A stretch of DNA of 60,985 nucleotides, counting the filler, from Xylographa opegraphella (Eukaryota): the NCBI GenBank assembly GCA_022813865.1. It is 5 parts of 5 records of this genome, joined end to end, with 100 filler letters (N's around TTAATTAATTAA, not from the genome) between each part and the next. Parts side by side here need not be neighbours in the genome. Positions count along the whole stretch, not along the records: positions 37,386 to 49,147 come from JALDZX010000168.1; positions 49,248 to 60,985 come from JALDZX010000169.1; 3 more parts are not named here. The stretch is one strand, 5' to 3'. Below are positions 38,778 through 52,300 of the stretch, in pieces. The notes beneath the pieces were generated by a model that was not told where the DNA came from, did no database searches, and was given only the letters and a program-made list of their open reading frames with translations. The translations under genes were made by a program, and so were the position numbers. Position 1 is the stretch's first letter, and each line of letters opens with the position of its first letter.

Positions 38778-41700
38778 GTAATACTGGTACAATTCGCAAA
38801 ACGTGGTTTTTAACCACGTGGTTTCCTTGCTGAAGCCCATTTTGTGCGTGGCTTTCTGGCTGGAGCCCCCATTTTACAGAGTTTTTACCCCGCCTGCTTT
38901 TGCAAAACTAACGTAAAAGGGCCCTATATAATAAACCCCGTTTTTATAAATATTCAGAAATTTTTTATTTATACAAAAGCTTACATTACTCGTGATATAT
39001 TAATGATATTATTATTAATATTGATTTAAATTAAATATTAAAATTCCTAGAAATCATTAGCTATTATAATATCATTATAATTCCCCCCCCCCCCTCCCCC
39101 CCTTTCGTATTTAATCAGGTGTATTATTTCTCGTTAAGAAATCTCTATTTTAAATTTTTCGTTTTCGTTTTTCTGCCAAAATTCCTTTTTTTTACAATAA
39201 TTATCGCCACCGTGGCGATCTTTAAGTTTAACGAATTTATTCTTTTTATCTATTGATTTCAGACGTTCATTAACCTTAAATATTGATATAATCGATATTT
39301 ATTTAAATTTATACGAAAAGAAATTTACGAAATAATAATAATTTATAATAATTTTATTTTATCGAAATTCATTTTCGTTGACTTTAAAATTCGTAATTAA
39401 TTTACTAAAATATTCTTCGCTAATTTTAGATTAAAATAAATGATTAATAATGTTTTCGTTCGTGTTATTTAATATTTTCCAAAAGATTTTACGGTGTCGT
39501 TTTTGCTCCACGATTATAATCTTTATTTAACAAAAAATTCGAATCTACTATTCAATAAATTAAAGTTTTATTTAAATTAAAATAATGAATTTTTATTAAA
39601 GAATTTATATCTACGGCATTACTTATTACTTTTTTCAATTTTTTATAATTTAAATTTTTAAATTTTTGATTTTTGGGCAAGTTAAACTCTCGAATCTTAA
39701 ATATACGTGTTAAAAATATACGAAAATATATAATAATCTTTAAAAATATAAAATTTGGTAAATTTAACTAAAAAATCGAATTCGAATAAGTAGTTAAAAG
39801 CGGTTTTAGTATTGTTTCTGACTATAATTTTATTTTTTATAATACTTTCAAATTAAATCCTTATACGAATAGTTTTAGTATTATATTTTTTCAAAAATAA
39901 ACGATATTATTCGTAAAAATGATACAAATATTTTCGTAATAACCTTTCATTTTAATTTAGTAAAATAGTAAATTTTTTAAATTACTGTAGTACGACAGAG
40001 CGATATAGCTAAAGTTTATAATATTAAATATTTTAACCTTAACGTAAAAGGTGTTAATAATATTGTTTTAATTGGAAAATATATATTTTAAAAAAACATA
40101 TATGTTCTTATCTATAAATATAAAAATATAATAGTAATTAAAGGTAATAAAGTCGTTTTTAAAGCCTTTTTGATATATTTTAAAAAAAAGTATAAAAATA
40201 ATACGCGGTAAAAATTAATCTAGTAAGAAGAAACTTTTAAGAATAGCGAATTTTAAATTTATTTATTTAATAATGAATAAATTAATTTAAAAACCGAATA
40301 GCGATCGCGTTTACGATTTCATATTTTAAAATCTTTAAATATAAAGAAATGAAGAATAATATTATACTTCGTTTTTATGTTTAAACGATATTTAAATATA
40401 CTAAAGTCGTACGATTAATATTTAAATATACTAAAGTCGTACGATTAATATTTAAGTATAATTAATCAATCGCAGTATAAAATAATTCTAAGCCCGATTT
40501 TAAAATATAAATATCAAAAAACAATACTACTATTAAACAATTTCTTAACTTTTTCAACGAAAAAGAAAATGCATTCTAAAATATAGTAGTTAAAAAATTT
40601 TTGATAATTAATATAAATTTAATCTTCGTTTTAAATTTAAATTTTTTTTAATTTGATTAATTTTAAGGTAATACTAACTGAGATAAACGCGTTGAGAAAT
40701 ATTAAGAATAATGATAAAATGGTTAAAAAAATTACTTAAATAAATATTTAAGAGGCAATAATAATAATAACTAAAATTCATTATAAAGAAATTTTCATTA
40801 ATAACCTTTATTTTTTACTTAGAAAAAGCCAAAGCAAACGATTAAAATTTAAATTTAACAATATAAAATTAAAGACGAAAATAATTATTAAAAAATAACG
40901 GCTATAGTTATTGAAATCGTAATTAAGGTCGTAATACGTATTAAATCGTATCGATTGACGAAAATTATTATTTTAAATATAACGTAAATATAATTACGGA
41001 GTAAATTAATAATGTATATAATTATAACGCTAGCTATAAAAAGAGATATAATAATTTATCATAATAATTATTCGAAAACGAAGATTTGTTAATAAATTTC
41101 GTAGTCGACAATTTTGATTTATTATTTAATATAATCTTTAAGTACAAAAAAAATATAAAGCGATATTTTTTTAAATAATTATTTTGATTTATACGTTAAA
41201 GAAGGGGAAATTTTATTCGTTTATTATAATTCGAGAGATATATGTAATCGCGAAATTTATAAAATCGATAAAGTTTATTGAAATTTTGAATAATATCAAT
41301 AATATTTTAAAGTAATAAAATCTAATATTAATATTACTGTAAATACGGGCTTCAATTTCGGTTTTCGAAATTAATATATTATAATAAATATTAAATTTAA
41401 TAATGATACGACGCGATAGTTTAAAAAATATATTTAGATATAAAATATTTTTTAAATTTTAATAAATTGTAAATAATTATTTTTACAAATGCTAAAAATT
41501 TATATTAAATAAATAGCTTTTTAATTACAGCTCGCGAAATTAGAAATAATATATGTTTTATTTTAAATTATATAGTTCTGTTTATATATCTTTTTATCTA
41601 TATAAAAAATAACCCGTTAAAGCGTTTATTATAAAAAAATACGTCGCCGACGATTCACGTATTAAAATATTAATTAAAATAAATATTATAAACTTTGAGA

Positions 41701-43930
41701 ATATCGACGTTCAAAATTTTATAAAAACGACGTAAATTAAAACTTATAAAATTAAAGTTCCAATTAAATCGAAATTTTGTTACGCGTTAATTCGTTACGT
41801 AACATACCTAAAAATCGATATATATAATATAATAATCCCGCTATTTTATATAGTTAAAATATTAATATACTTCGCTGCGATTTCAAAGATAAATGATTTC
41901 CTATTCGAATTTTTATTTACAATCGAATGTATATCTTTTTATAATTATATAATCAATAGTTAAATAAATTATATTATAATTAAAAATAATTTGTTTTATA
42001 TTATTAAAGTCCCGAGAAATCTGCGTTTAAAAATATTTAGCGAAATAAATTTTGATAATTATTATTATATAATAGAAATTTTAGCTCGAGTATTAAAATT
42101 TATAAATAAAAATGTTAATAATTCAATTAATTTAAAGATTATTTATATTTATAACTGCTTTTTGATCGTAGCTTTAATTTGTTTTAATATAATTAACGTA
42201 ATAAAAATCTTTTTGATATCTTAAATTGATATTTCGTTTATATTATGTGTTTTAGTATTATTATTGTTTCAACCGGCGCTTTCAATTATTAAATGTCAAA
42301 CTAAATCTTTTAACGACGTTAACGTTTTCAAGCGCGACGGATATTATTTTTCGAGTTTTAAAAATTAATTAATAGTTTTTAATAATTTTAAATAAATTTA
42401 AAATCTATAAAAATATTTAAAAAAATTTAATAAGAATTCATAAAAATATTTAAAAAAATTTCAAGAATTTTATTTTAAATCAATTAGGAATTTAAAGTTT
42501 TTAAGAAATCTTTATCGTGCTCGTTTTATACTATTAACATTGATTATATATTAAGTTTATTTATCTTTATTAAAGATTTCAATTGTTATTTTATAACTAT
42601 TTACAGTTTCTTTTGTGTATTGTTATATTATCGAAAAATTATATAAACTGTAGTATAATAAGCAAAAATACTTTTAAATCAATTAAATTTCGTAGAATAA
42701 AGTATTTTTAAATTTATATTATTAAATAAAAATTCAAAATTCCTCAGCGAGTTATAAATCGGTTATTTTTTTAAAAAAAATATATTTATTATACTCGACT
42801 GTTTATTATTTATAAACGAATAAAAAAATAAGTGTACGAATTAAATCTTTAAAATTATACTACGATATTAATTTAATATATTTAACAACGTAAATTTATA
42901 GCTTTCAATACTATTTTGATTTTGATTAAATTTAAATAATTTATTATCTGTAATTATAAATAATACTTTTAATAAAGTTGTTTACGAATTTATATCGAAT
43001 TAGTTTATTAATTTATTGCGTAAAATTAAGAATTTAAAAAAAATTTAACAGCTACCGCAGTTCGTATCGAGGTAAAAAACGTTATAATTATAATTATAAT
43101 ATTTATTGAATATTATTATAATAAACGATATTAAATATTATTTGTATTAATCGAAGATTACGTTATACTACGATTTTATAAAAAAAAAATATTTTATCGA
43201 TCAAAAGTCGAAAGTTAAAATCACAATACGCCGAACTTTTTAAGGTTTTTAAACGATTTGATTAATTAATTAATTTTATATTTTATAATACTGGCGTATT
43301 GATTTCATATTTTTAATGGCAATGCTTGAATTAATTTTAAATTTAATAGTAAATTCATTTTGAAGATTAAAATTAAACAAGTTAAAAGTAGTATATATTA
43401 ATAACGATACAAATTTTAATAAATTTTACGAGTTAAATAAAATTATTAATAAAACTATTATATTAATAAAATTCACTCGATATTCAATGAAATAGAAACA
43501 ATACGGGTTAAAATTTCATATATAAAAAATCTTACGGCTGATAGAAAATACGCGCGATTTAATTTAAAATTATGAAATTTAATCAAAAACGATTATTATA
43601 TTATTAATAGCGAATAAATCTGAGCGCAAGCGAAAAATGTAAATTTGCTTTATTTATATATATATATGTTATAAGCAGCGAAAACGCTATTTTCTTTTCG
43701 TTTTAACGGGCAAATTGATATAATTCGCAAAACGTAATTTTTAGCTACGTGGCTTCCTTGCTAAAATTTACTTTATACGTGGTTTTTTTGCTGGGGCCTT
43801 TATTTTGTAAAGTTTTTACCCCGCTTATTTTTGTAGAATTAGCGTAAAAGGGCCTTATATAATGAGGCCCGTTTCTATAAACATTCATGATTTTTTTCAT
43901 TTACATAAAAAGCTCATATTGCTCGTGACA
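38778..43930 (+). mobile_element. RIP-degraded LTR retrotransposon, family E (LTRs about 38778-38997 and 43667-43930)
   Basis: Direct repeats of about 220-260 bp ending CTCGTGATA/CTCGTGACA; right copy starts TGTTAT; faint RNase H-like traces (VADDSR near 41643) on +. Could instead be two solo LTRs. Confidence 0.65.
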
Positions 43931-45420
43931 AATAGAAATATTACGCTTTTTCGCAAATGCGAGACAATATTTACCATTGTTTAGAAATAAAAGATCTGGA
44001 TTTGATGTCAATAAAATATTAATATTAGCAAAAGACCTAAAAGACACGTATGAAGCGTTATTAAAAAAATCGAGTAGAATAACAACAAGATTATTATTGC
44101 AAGACGAAAAAATACGAAAAATAAACCTCAGCTAAAGAAGAAGGATAAAATATACTTTTCACAAAAAATACAATAATTAACAAAAATCGAACCATGAAAC
44201 TCGATGATATTAAAATCGAACCATTTTAATTAAATAAGTTAAAAAACCAGTTAACTACTTTTTTAATTTACCAAAAAATACAAAAGTATACCTAGTATTT
44301 TATATATTTTTATTGGAATCAGCAGACGTAAATACCCTATTATAAACAATCTTTCGATATAATAAAAAAGAACAGATTTTAAATAAAAGAAATCCTGGAT
44401 AAACAAATGTAAAACTATTTAATCAAATAAAAGAAATACCTAAAATTGAATAATACTTAAGAACCACTTATTAGCCTTGGGAACCGCCAGAAACTTTTTC
44501 GACAGTATTGTCCAACAAAGTAAATATTTTAGAAAAAAAATTTTAAAATTCTAGGAAGAAAAAAAGAAAAAAGAAAAAACCTTAAAGAAATCGCTGGTAA
44601 AAATTATAACTTTACGTTCTTCGTCCTTTTTTAAAGTTTTAATGTTAATATTTCTCGTTGAAATATTGTACGACTCTCAGCCTTAAGGTTTAAAAGCCGA
44701 TTTTTCTTAGCTGCAAGTTTTGCAGCTTTGTAAACGCGGCGGCCTCAGCTTTTATTACTTTAAATTTAACCTTTAACTCGATAATTTTTTTTACGAAAAC
44801 GACGTTTCTTTTCTTTTAATGCTCTTTTATCGGCATCGATAATAATTAACAAACAACGTGCTTTTATTTTAATACATTATATATAAAAATCAGAATTCGC
44901 AGAGATTAAGCACAAAACACCTTCCTGAATACAGCGATCGCAAGAATGCATTACAATTTTTCTTTTTTCACGAATATCGATTGATTGAACTTTTCGACGG
45001 TAAAAATTAAATGACTTATGCTTAAGCATAATAAAGAGAAACTGCTAAAATTCTTTCGAAGTAAGAATCTGGCGGGGGAAGCTAGTAATAAGGTTCTGAT
45101 CAATACTGTATAAAACAGAGGTCGAAGGAATTATAATTCGATGCTTTTATTGCTTTTATGACCTCGGTCACGAAGGCATAAGGGGCATAAAAAGTATTAC
45201 CGAACAGGACTTCTATATAAAATAAAGGATTTCCTTTACTATAAAAGGCGTATTTAATTTATATTATAATTTTAAATTAGTAAACTTTAATATAATATTA
45301 TACGAAAACTATTACTTTTGGAGAACGATAAATTTGTTACTGTGTCTTTTTATTTATTCATTAACGAATTCAGCTCAAATCCCTAATCGAACTACATTAA
45401 TAAGAAGCAGAATCGTAATA
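43931..45420 (+). mobile_element. 3' part of Gypsy family C: integrase end, chromodomain, antisense ORF, PPT, 3' LTR 45086-45420
   Basis: Homologous in inverted orientation to 49310-50350; PPT GGCGGGGGAAGCTAG; LTR TAATAAGGTTCTG...GAATCGTAATA. Confidence 0.85.
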
Positions 45421-46095
45421 CCATGGTTTTCGATAGTATTAAATTTTATAGTTAAATTGCTACTATCGAAAGAATTTATAATAAAGATTAAATGCGACTT
45501 TATTTTATAATTATAAATAAATTTATTAAGGAAGTTTATTTTATTTAATATATAAAGAACTGGAATACAGAGGACTTAGTATATATTTTTTTAAAATATA
45601 TAATTTTTATATAATTACTGCCAAATAAATTTATATTTAACAGAAATAAACTAATTATATTAAAGTTTTAGCAGGTATTGACTAAGTAATTATTGAAAAT
45701 TAATTATAAATTATTAACTAAATATTATTCGTAAACGAATAGGCAAATAACAAAAAAATTTAAATGATTGAATAGTATTTTCGAATATACGTAAATTACC
45801 GATAAAACGATTAGATTATATTACTGCTAATAGGATAATCAATATATAATAATATTATTAATAAAATAATCAAATAAACGCTATTTTACGCTAATTATAA
45901 ATATTATATAAAACTATTTCGAGACCCGCGATCTGCAGAAGAAATTAATAATTTAATAAATATATTAATTAAAAAATTTCGACGATTATATATCGATTTG
46001 AAAAAGAATATAAAATTCCTAAGTTTTAAATCAGTATTTTACGAAAATAAATATAAATTCAAAGGCTTTATATTAAAAAAAAGGGATAAAGGCTA

Positions 46096-48009
46096 GAAAA
46101 GTTCCTCGGTCCGTGCACGGTCCCACTAATGCACGCCCTCATTTAAAATCCACCACCACATTAAATTTCGAATCACACCACAATCAATGTATATATGGAG
46201 CTCAAATTCATACAGTAAATAGATTGAATCAATATTAAAATATTTAATTATTTATATTGCTGCCGAAATTGTACTAATAGCTTTCGTGGCCTTCCCAGCC
46301 TTTCTACTTCAATATATACCCATTTCTCCTCGACAGCAATTTCTTTAACTAAAGCTACCTCTTTCTATATTAATATGGCGGGAGTCTTTTTTTACGCCCC
46401 TTGGTTCGTTTTTTAAAGCCGCTTTAAATCTGTTGTACAGCCTGCTTAATAAGTTTTGCCTTCTTTTTAATAGCCCTTTTTTCCGCCGAATCTTGCGTTT
46501 TCTGGATTCGAGTATTTTTCTTATCAAGCTTCCTCTGGGCTACCTCTGCAGGCTTGGCTTTCTTTTATATTAGTCTTTCTTGCTTTTCGATCGCTTTCTG
46601 TTCTGTTTGTATAGCTTTTTTATCGTCCTTAAAGATAATAAGCTCTCGAGCCTGCCGTATTTTAGCTGGGCTAAAGAATACGGCCTTTGAATCATCATTT
46701 CTTAGCGCATTAAATATTGGCTTACCCCGCTTTCTTCTTTTCTTTTTGATAAATACTGCCCTTTTTAAACCTTCGTTTTCTGCTTCTAGGATTGAGACTT
46801 TTGCTGTAAACTGTTCAAGAGTGTTTAAAATATTTCGGACTTCTATTCCAAGCATATTATCAACTACTGTCTTGAGAAGGTAATTTATTTTAATCCAATC
46901 GGTATCCGAGAGGGCTGTGGAGCTTACAGAGCCACTATAATAAGGTTTTGTCGGCTCTTTGGCTTGAAGCTGGCCTAGAATCTCCTCTGGATTAAAAGGA
47001 GACAGGCCAGTTTTTAACTACCTACTTGCTATGTTCTTTTGGCTAAACGCCCGTATATAAGCAGGCTAAAATAAGCTAAAGAAGTATTTTTTATTTAGCT
47101 TATATAGCCCTTGTATTTTATGGATCCATGTGCTTAATTCTTATAAGTAGTAATTTGCCAAGGAATTAAACAAGTTTATATTTAGTGGCTGTAGTCGATA
47201 AGTTGAATGTGGAGAATATACGGCCAAAAGGATTTTATGTTAATTATATTATTTTATAAACTTTATGTTTATATAGCTGCCGTATTTATTAATCAGTAAA
47301 AGCCTAAAATCTCTCCCAAGGCGTGCCTTGCTTTTGGTGTGCCGGTCAAATACCTTAGTTAATCAAAAGAATCCCAAGAAATTATTGGTTCAATTAGTAA
47401 AAAATAATGCAAAGTAGACTTCTTTAGTTTTAAAATTGTTTAACCAGGAGTCTTAAAGGTTGTTTGCTGCGCCTTGGTAAATAACGATTAATAGGAAATA
47501 GAATCCATTTATGCAGATCGTAGCCATAACTGTGATCCACTCCCTGTTTCCATCTTGATCAGTACCCCTTATTTTAATGTGTTTAGACACTACCCTTTTT
47601 GTTTTCTGAAGGACACCAATCAGAAAGCCTGTCTCATCCATATTATAGGTATTTTGGGGGAGTATGTCGTATTGGGCCATTTTTGAAGCAATCTGCTATA
47701 TATAAATATAAGAATAGTGTCAATCTGGACCACTAACCTTGTTAAAATAGAGTTTATATACATAAATATTATCTGCTTTCTTCCGGCTTAAATCAAAGCC
47801 TAGTTGGTACCCTAAGTCGAGCTTTTCTTTGTTTCGTTTTACATAGCGGGAAAGCTAGTTCTTTGCCGGCTGAATTCCACCGATATTTTTAGCAAAATTT
47901 CGAACTAATTGGACTTATATCGGTGGAGTTACAGCAGGTTGACTGTTGTCAAGTTCTTAAGTACTACGCGTGCATTCACTGGGGCCGTGCACGGACCGAG
48001 GAACTCTTT
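46096..48009 (-). mobile_element. pogo/Fot1-type (Tc1/mariner superfamily) DNA transposon, 1914 bp, TA TSD, disrupted transposase
   Basis: TIR core AGTTCCTCGGTCCGTGCACGG at both ends; TA at 46094-46095 and 48010-48011; DDE motifs YNMDETGFLIG and QDGNREWITV; C-terminal AVFFSPAKI; many stops. Confidence 0.93.
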
Positions 48010-49085
48010 TACCTATTTCGTAAAAATATCGAAATAATAAAATCAAGCAGAAAGTTAAACCAAGTTCAAATTAAATATTTTAAAATTATTCGTAACATTA
48101 AAAATATAAGCTTCGAGCTTAAATTGCTAAAAGGAATAAAAATATATTTAATAGTTTATATATTATTACTAAAAGCGGTACCGCCAGAAATTCCAGAGTT
48201 AATATAAATACCGGACAACTACTTAATAAAATAAGAGCAGAAGTGGGAAGTAAAGAAAAATCTAAATAACAGTCAGGACTTCGACGATAATATATATAAA
48301 TATATTATTAAATAAAAAAACATTTAAATAACAAAAATACATCAAAATCAATAATTAATTTTAACGATTATAAAAAACTTATTAAATAATATTATTAAAA
48401 AATACGAATTTTAGGGGAAAATAATAATAAAAATAAAGACTCGAAATTAAGGTTATTAAAATTAGATACGAGATTTTTCGAACGAGTAGTCGTTAATATT
48501 AATAAAAAATAACTTGCTACTGATTTTCCTTCGCTTTTATTCTTCCTATTTTTTTTATATTTTTGAAATTTAAAGCGATTATTTTCGCCTCGCAAGTTAC
48601 TAAATATGTTTTATTTTATCACGCGATAACGTTTTAATAAAATATTTTTTATTTATTTTCTTATCGCTTTTAATTTAGCGTCTAAACGATTTCGTTCTTT
48701 ATTAACTTTTGCAAAATCAAAATTAAAAAAAAATTTTATATCGCAGAAACAATCACGCTTGAGGCAGGCTAAATAAAAATTAAAATAATTAAAAATAATA
48801 CAATTAAATTGCGCTTTTTAACAGATTACGATTTCAAACGTTATATAAATATTAAAGTGTTTCACCTAGTTTATTAATATTTTATAATAATTATGTCGAA
48901 GTTTGAACGACATATAAAAAAAACTTTCTTTTAAAAATAAAAGTTTTGAAGGGGGAGCTAGTGTTACGAACCGCTAAATATTATAATAAAATAAAATTCT
49001 GGGGGGCAGCTCGAACAAGAAAATAGTTTAAATTCAATAGTTAATAATAAATAATCGTGGTATGAACGTAAAATATTAAAACGAC

Positions 49086-49147
<62 letters not shown>
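49086..49147. repeat. (TAT)n microsatellite at contig end
   Basis: About 20 perfect TAT units. Confidence 0.95.
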
Positions 49148-49247
49148 NNNNNNNNNNNNNNNNNNNNNNNNNNNNNNNNNNNNNNNNNNNNTTAATTAAT
49201 TAANNNNNNNNNNNNNNNNNNNNNNNNNNNNNNNNNNNNNNNNNNNN

Positions 49248-49309
49248 CATTGACGAATCCAACCCAGATCCTTAATCGAACTATACTAGTGAGAGGCAGG
49301 ATCGTAACA
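49248..49309 (+). mobile_element. LTR family C, 3' end at contig start
   Basis: ...CCCAGATCCTTAATCGAACTATACTAGTGAGAGGCAGGATCGTAACA; least RIPped copy of this LTR end. Confidence 0.85.
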
Positions 49310-52300
49310 GCACAGTATTCGCGATAAAGGAAAATTCACAACACATTCTTGTGATCGTTGTATTAAAAAGTGTTTTCTTTATATGATTTCCCCGGAGTCA
49401 AAATTCTGCGCGAATTATATAACAGTCAAAGCTTATTATTTTTTAATTATTATCGAAGCCGACCGTCAAGATTTAAAAAACGAAAAAATAAAGCAAAACG
49501 TCGAGTGGCCGAGTTAAAATAAATTTTAAAACAGGTTTAGTAAGCCCTTGATCGTGAAAAGCGTCGGCTCTTGAATTTTAAAAATAAAGAACGAGAAATA
49601 TTTCAGCGTGAGATAATTAATATCGAGGCTCTGGAAAACGATGAACGTCGAGAGGCGAAAAAGCCTTTACCAGCGATTCCTATGGGGTCCTTTCTCCTTC
49701 TCTTCTTTTTCCTGGGGCTTTGGAAGCTTTTTCTTTCGAGATACTTGCTCTGCTTGATAATATTATTAAAGAAGTTCCCGGCAGTTCCCAAGGGTAATAA
49801 GTGGTTCCTAAGTATTATTCGATTCTGGGTATTTCTTTTATTTAACCAAATAACTCTGACCTTGCTTGTTCAGGATTCTTTTTATTTTAAATTTTTATTT
49901 TAAATTTTTATTTTTTCTCCTTGTTGTATCGAAAGGTTATTTATAATGAAGTACTGACGTTCGCAGGTTTCAACAAGAATATATAAAATACTAAGTATAT
50001 TTTCGCATTTTTTGGCAAATCGAGAAGGTAATTATCTGATTTTTTAACTTATTGGATTAAAAATGATTCGACTTTGATATAATTTAGCTTTTTACTTCGA
50101 TTTTTACTAATTATCAAATTCTTTGTAAGAAAATATACTTTATCTCCCTTTTTTAGCTAAGGTTTATTCTTAATATTTTTATACCTTTTAGCAATAATCG
50201 TATTGTTGCTCTGTTTGATTTTTATGGCTAACGCTTTATGCGTTGTTCTTAAGTTTTTGGCTAATATTATTGCTTTGTTTGCATTAAATACCGGCCTCTT
50301 GTCTTTAAATAATTGTGAATAATATTCTGTATTTGCGAAAAAGGGCGATAGCTTTTTTATTGCAAATTGTTTGTCGTTTAGTGCCAGTTGTTTTAAAGGC
50401 AATAATAATACTCAATTATTTTGTTTTGAATTAATAAAGTGTCGCAGGTATACCTTCAAGCTCTGGTTTATTTTCTTAATTGATTTATTTATCTGCGAAT
50501 GATAAATTGTTAAAAAGTTTAATTTAATTTCTAGTTTAAATAATAAAATCTTCCAGAAGTTAAATATAAACAATTTGTTTCTATCGAATGTTATTTCTGC
50601 TGGGAAACCATGATTTTTTATAAATTTGTTTAATAAGAGAAATGCCAATTATTCTATTAAGAATATTTCCCTAAATGATACGATAATAGAGTATTTTGTA
50701 AATTTGTTCATAAATATCATTAATGAATCATATTTTAATCCTATAGCTAAATCCTCTAACTTTGGCAATTTTATAATAAAGTCGATCGAAATCTGTTCCC
50801 ATGGTTTATTTAAAATCTTTAAAAATTAAATATTTCCATACACTGCGTATTTTGTTGACTTATTCTTTTAACATAGTATGTACTTCTTGATATATTTCTT
50901 TACATGCTTTCTTATGTTTAGAAATTCGTAATTTCTCTTTATGAGTTCTATTGTTTTGATAACTCCTGGATGGCCATTGGTCGGTTTATCATAATAATGT
51001 TTAATCATTTTTTCTGCTGACGATCCTGTTAAATCTTTTATAATCGCCTTTATTTCAAAAGCCGCGATCTGCCTTGTAGAAATAAAAACTTCACTGTTAT
51101 CTTTTCGTAACAAGGCCCCATTTATTGATTCTTTATCCATAAGGTTTTTTCTTCTACTGAATATATCTGCTTTCCCATTGTCTTTGCCTGGTGGGTATAT
51201 AATTTTCAATTTATACTGTTTCAATAGTTTCGCCTATCGTATTTATTTTCTGTTAAGCATTTTTATTGTAGTAAAATTTAACAAATTTTTATAATTTATG
51301 TAAATAATAAGTTTCGAACAGCTCTCCGCATACATTTTATAATTTTAAATAAATGCTATTATAGCAAGTAGTTCTTTATCGTGAATATTATACTTTTATT
51401 CTGCTTGTAATATCTTTCTTGAGTAATATACGATAGGGTGCCATTTCCCATTTTATATTTTAATAAACATGTTTTTATAGTTAAGTCTGATGCGTTTGTT
51501 TCCATTCTTGCAGGTTTTCCTACCTGGAATATTATTAAAACTTATGATTTTGCACAATTTTTTTTAAAATATCAAAGACTCGTTGTTGATTCGAATTCTA
51601 TTTAAAGTTTATATTTTTATGTGTCAGGTTCGTTAGGGGTATCGCCTTTTTAAAGTAATTTTTAGTAAAAGTTCTGTTGAAGTTTGCAAATTCTAAAAAT
51701 TTTAAAACCTTTTTGGCTGTTGTTGGCTGCGGCCATTCGAGTATAATTTTCATTTTCGCTGGGTTTATTTTGATTCCACCTTTGCTAATTATAAATTTTT
51801 GAAAAACTATTTCGTTTTTGTTAAATTCACATTTTTTAATTTAAAAAATAGTTCTGCTTTTCCTAAGCATGTAAGTACTTCCTGTACATGTTTTACAAGT
51901 TTTTCTGCTGATTTCGAATAAATAAGTATGTTATCCAAATAGACTACCACCGTTAAGTTTAAATACGTCTTTAACACGTTATTGACCAGCGTTTGATAAA
52001 TAGTAAATGCATTGATTAACCGAAAAAGTATAATTTGATATTCATAATGCCTATATCTGCTTCGAAATGCAGTTTTCCATTCTTTACCTTCTTTTATCCT
52101 GATCAAATTGTATGCGCCTTTCAGGTCAAGCTTGATAAAAATCTTGGCTTTATTAAATCTGTCCCGCATCTCGCTAATTTTCGATAGCGAATATCGATTT
52201 TTAATGATAATATCGTTCAACTTTTGATAATTGATGCAAGGTTTCAAGCTTTCATTTTTCTTAAATACAAATATTACGAGATATTCTGCTAAGGATTTTG

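Larger units (their letters stand above)
45421..49147 (+). mobile_element. 3' part of Gypsy family F (integrase, antisense ORF, PPT, LTR from 48962), interrupted by a DNA transposon
   Basis: Integrase-core start PWFSIVLNFIVKLLLSK at 45421; DKGYLFRKNI is restored when the 46096-48009 insertion is removed; PPT GAAGGGGGAGCTAG then TGTTACG. Confidence 0.8.

Noticed and set aside
45086..49309. Family C LTRs at 45086 and 49248 as the two ends of one element
   Set aside because: A synthetic spacer lies between them, and the 45086 copy follows a PPT, so it is a 3' LTR.
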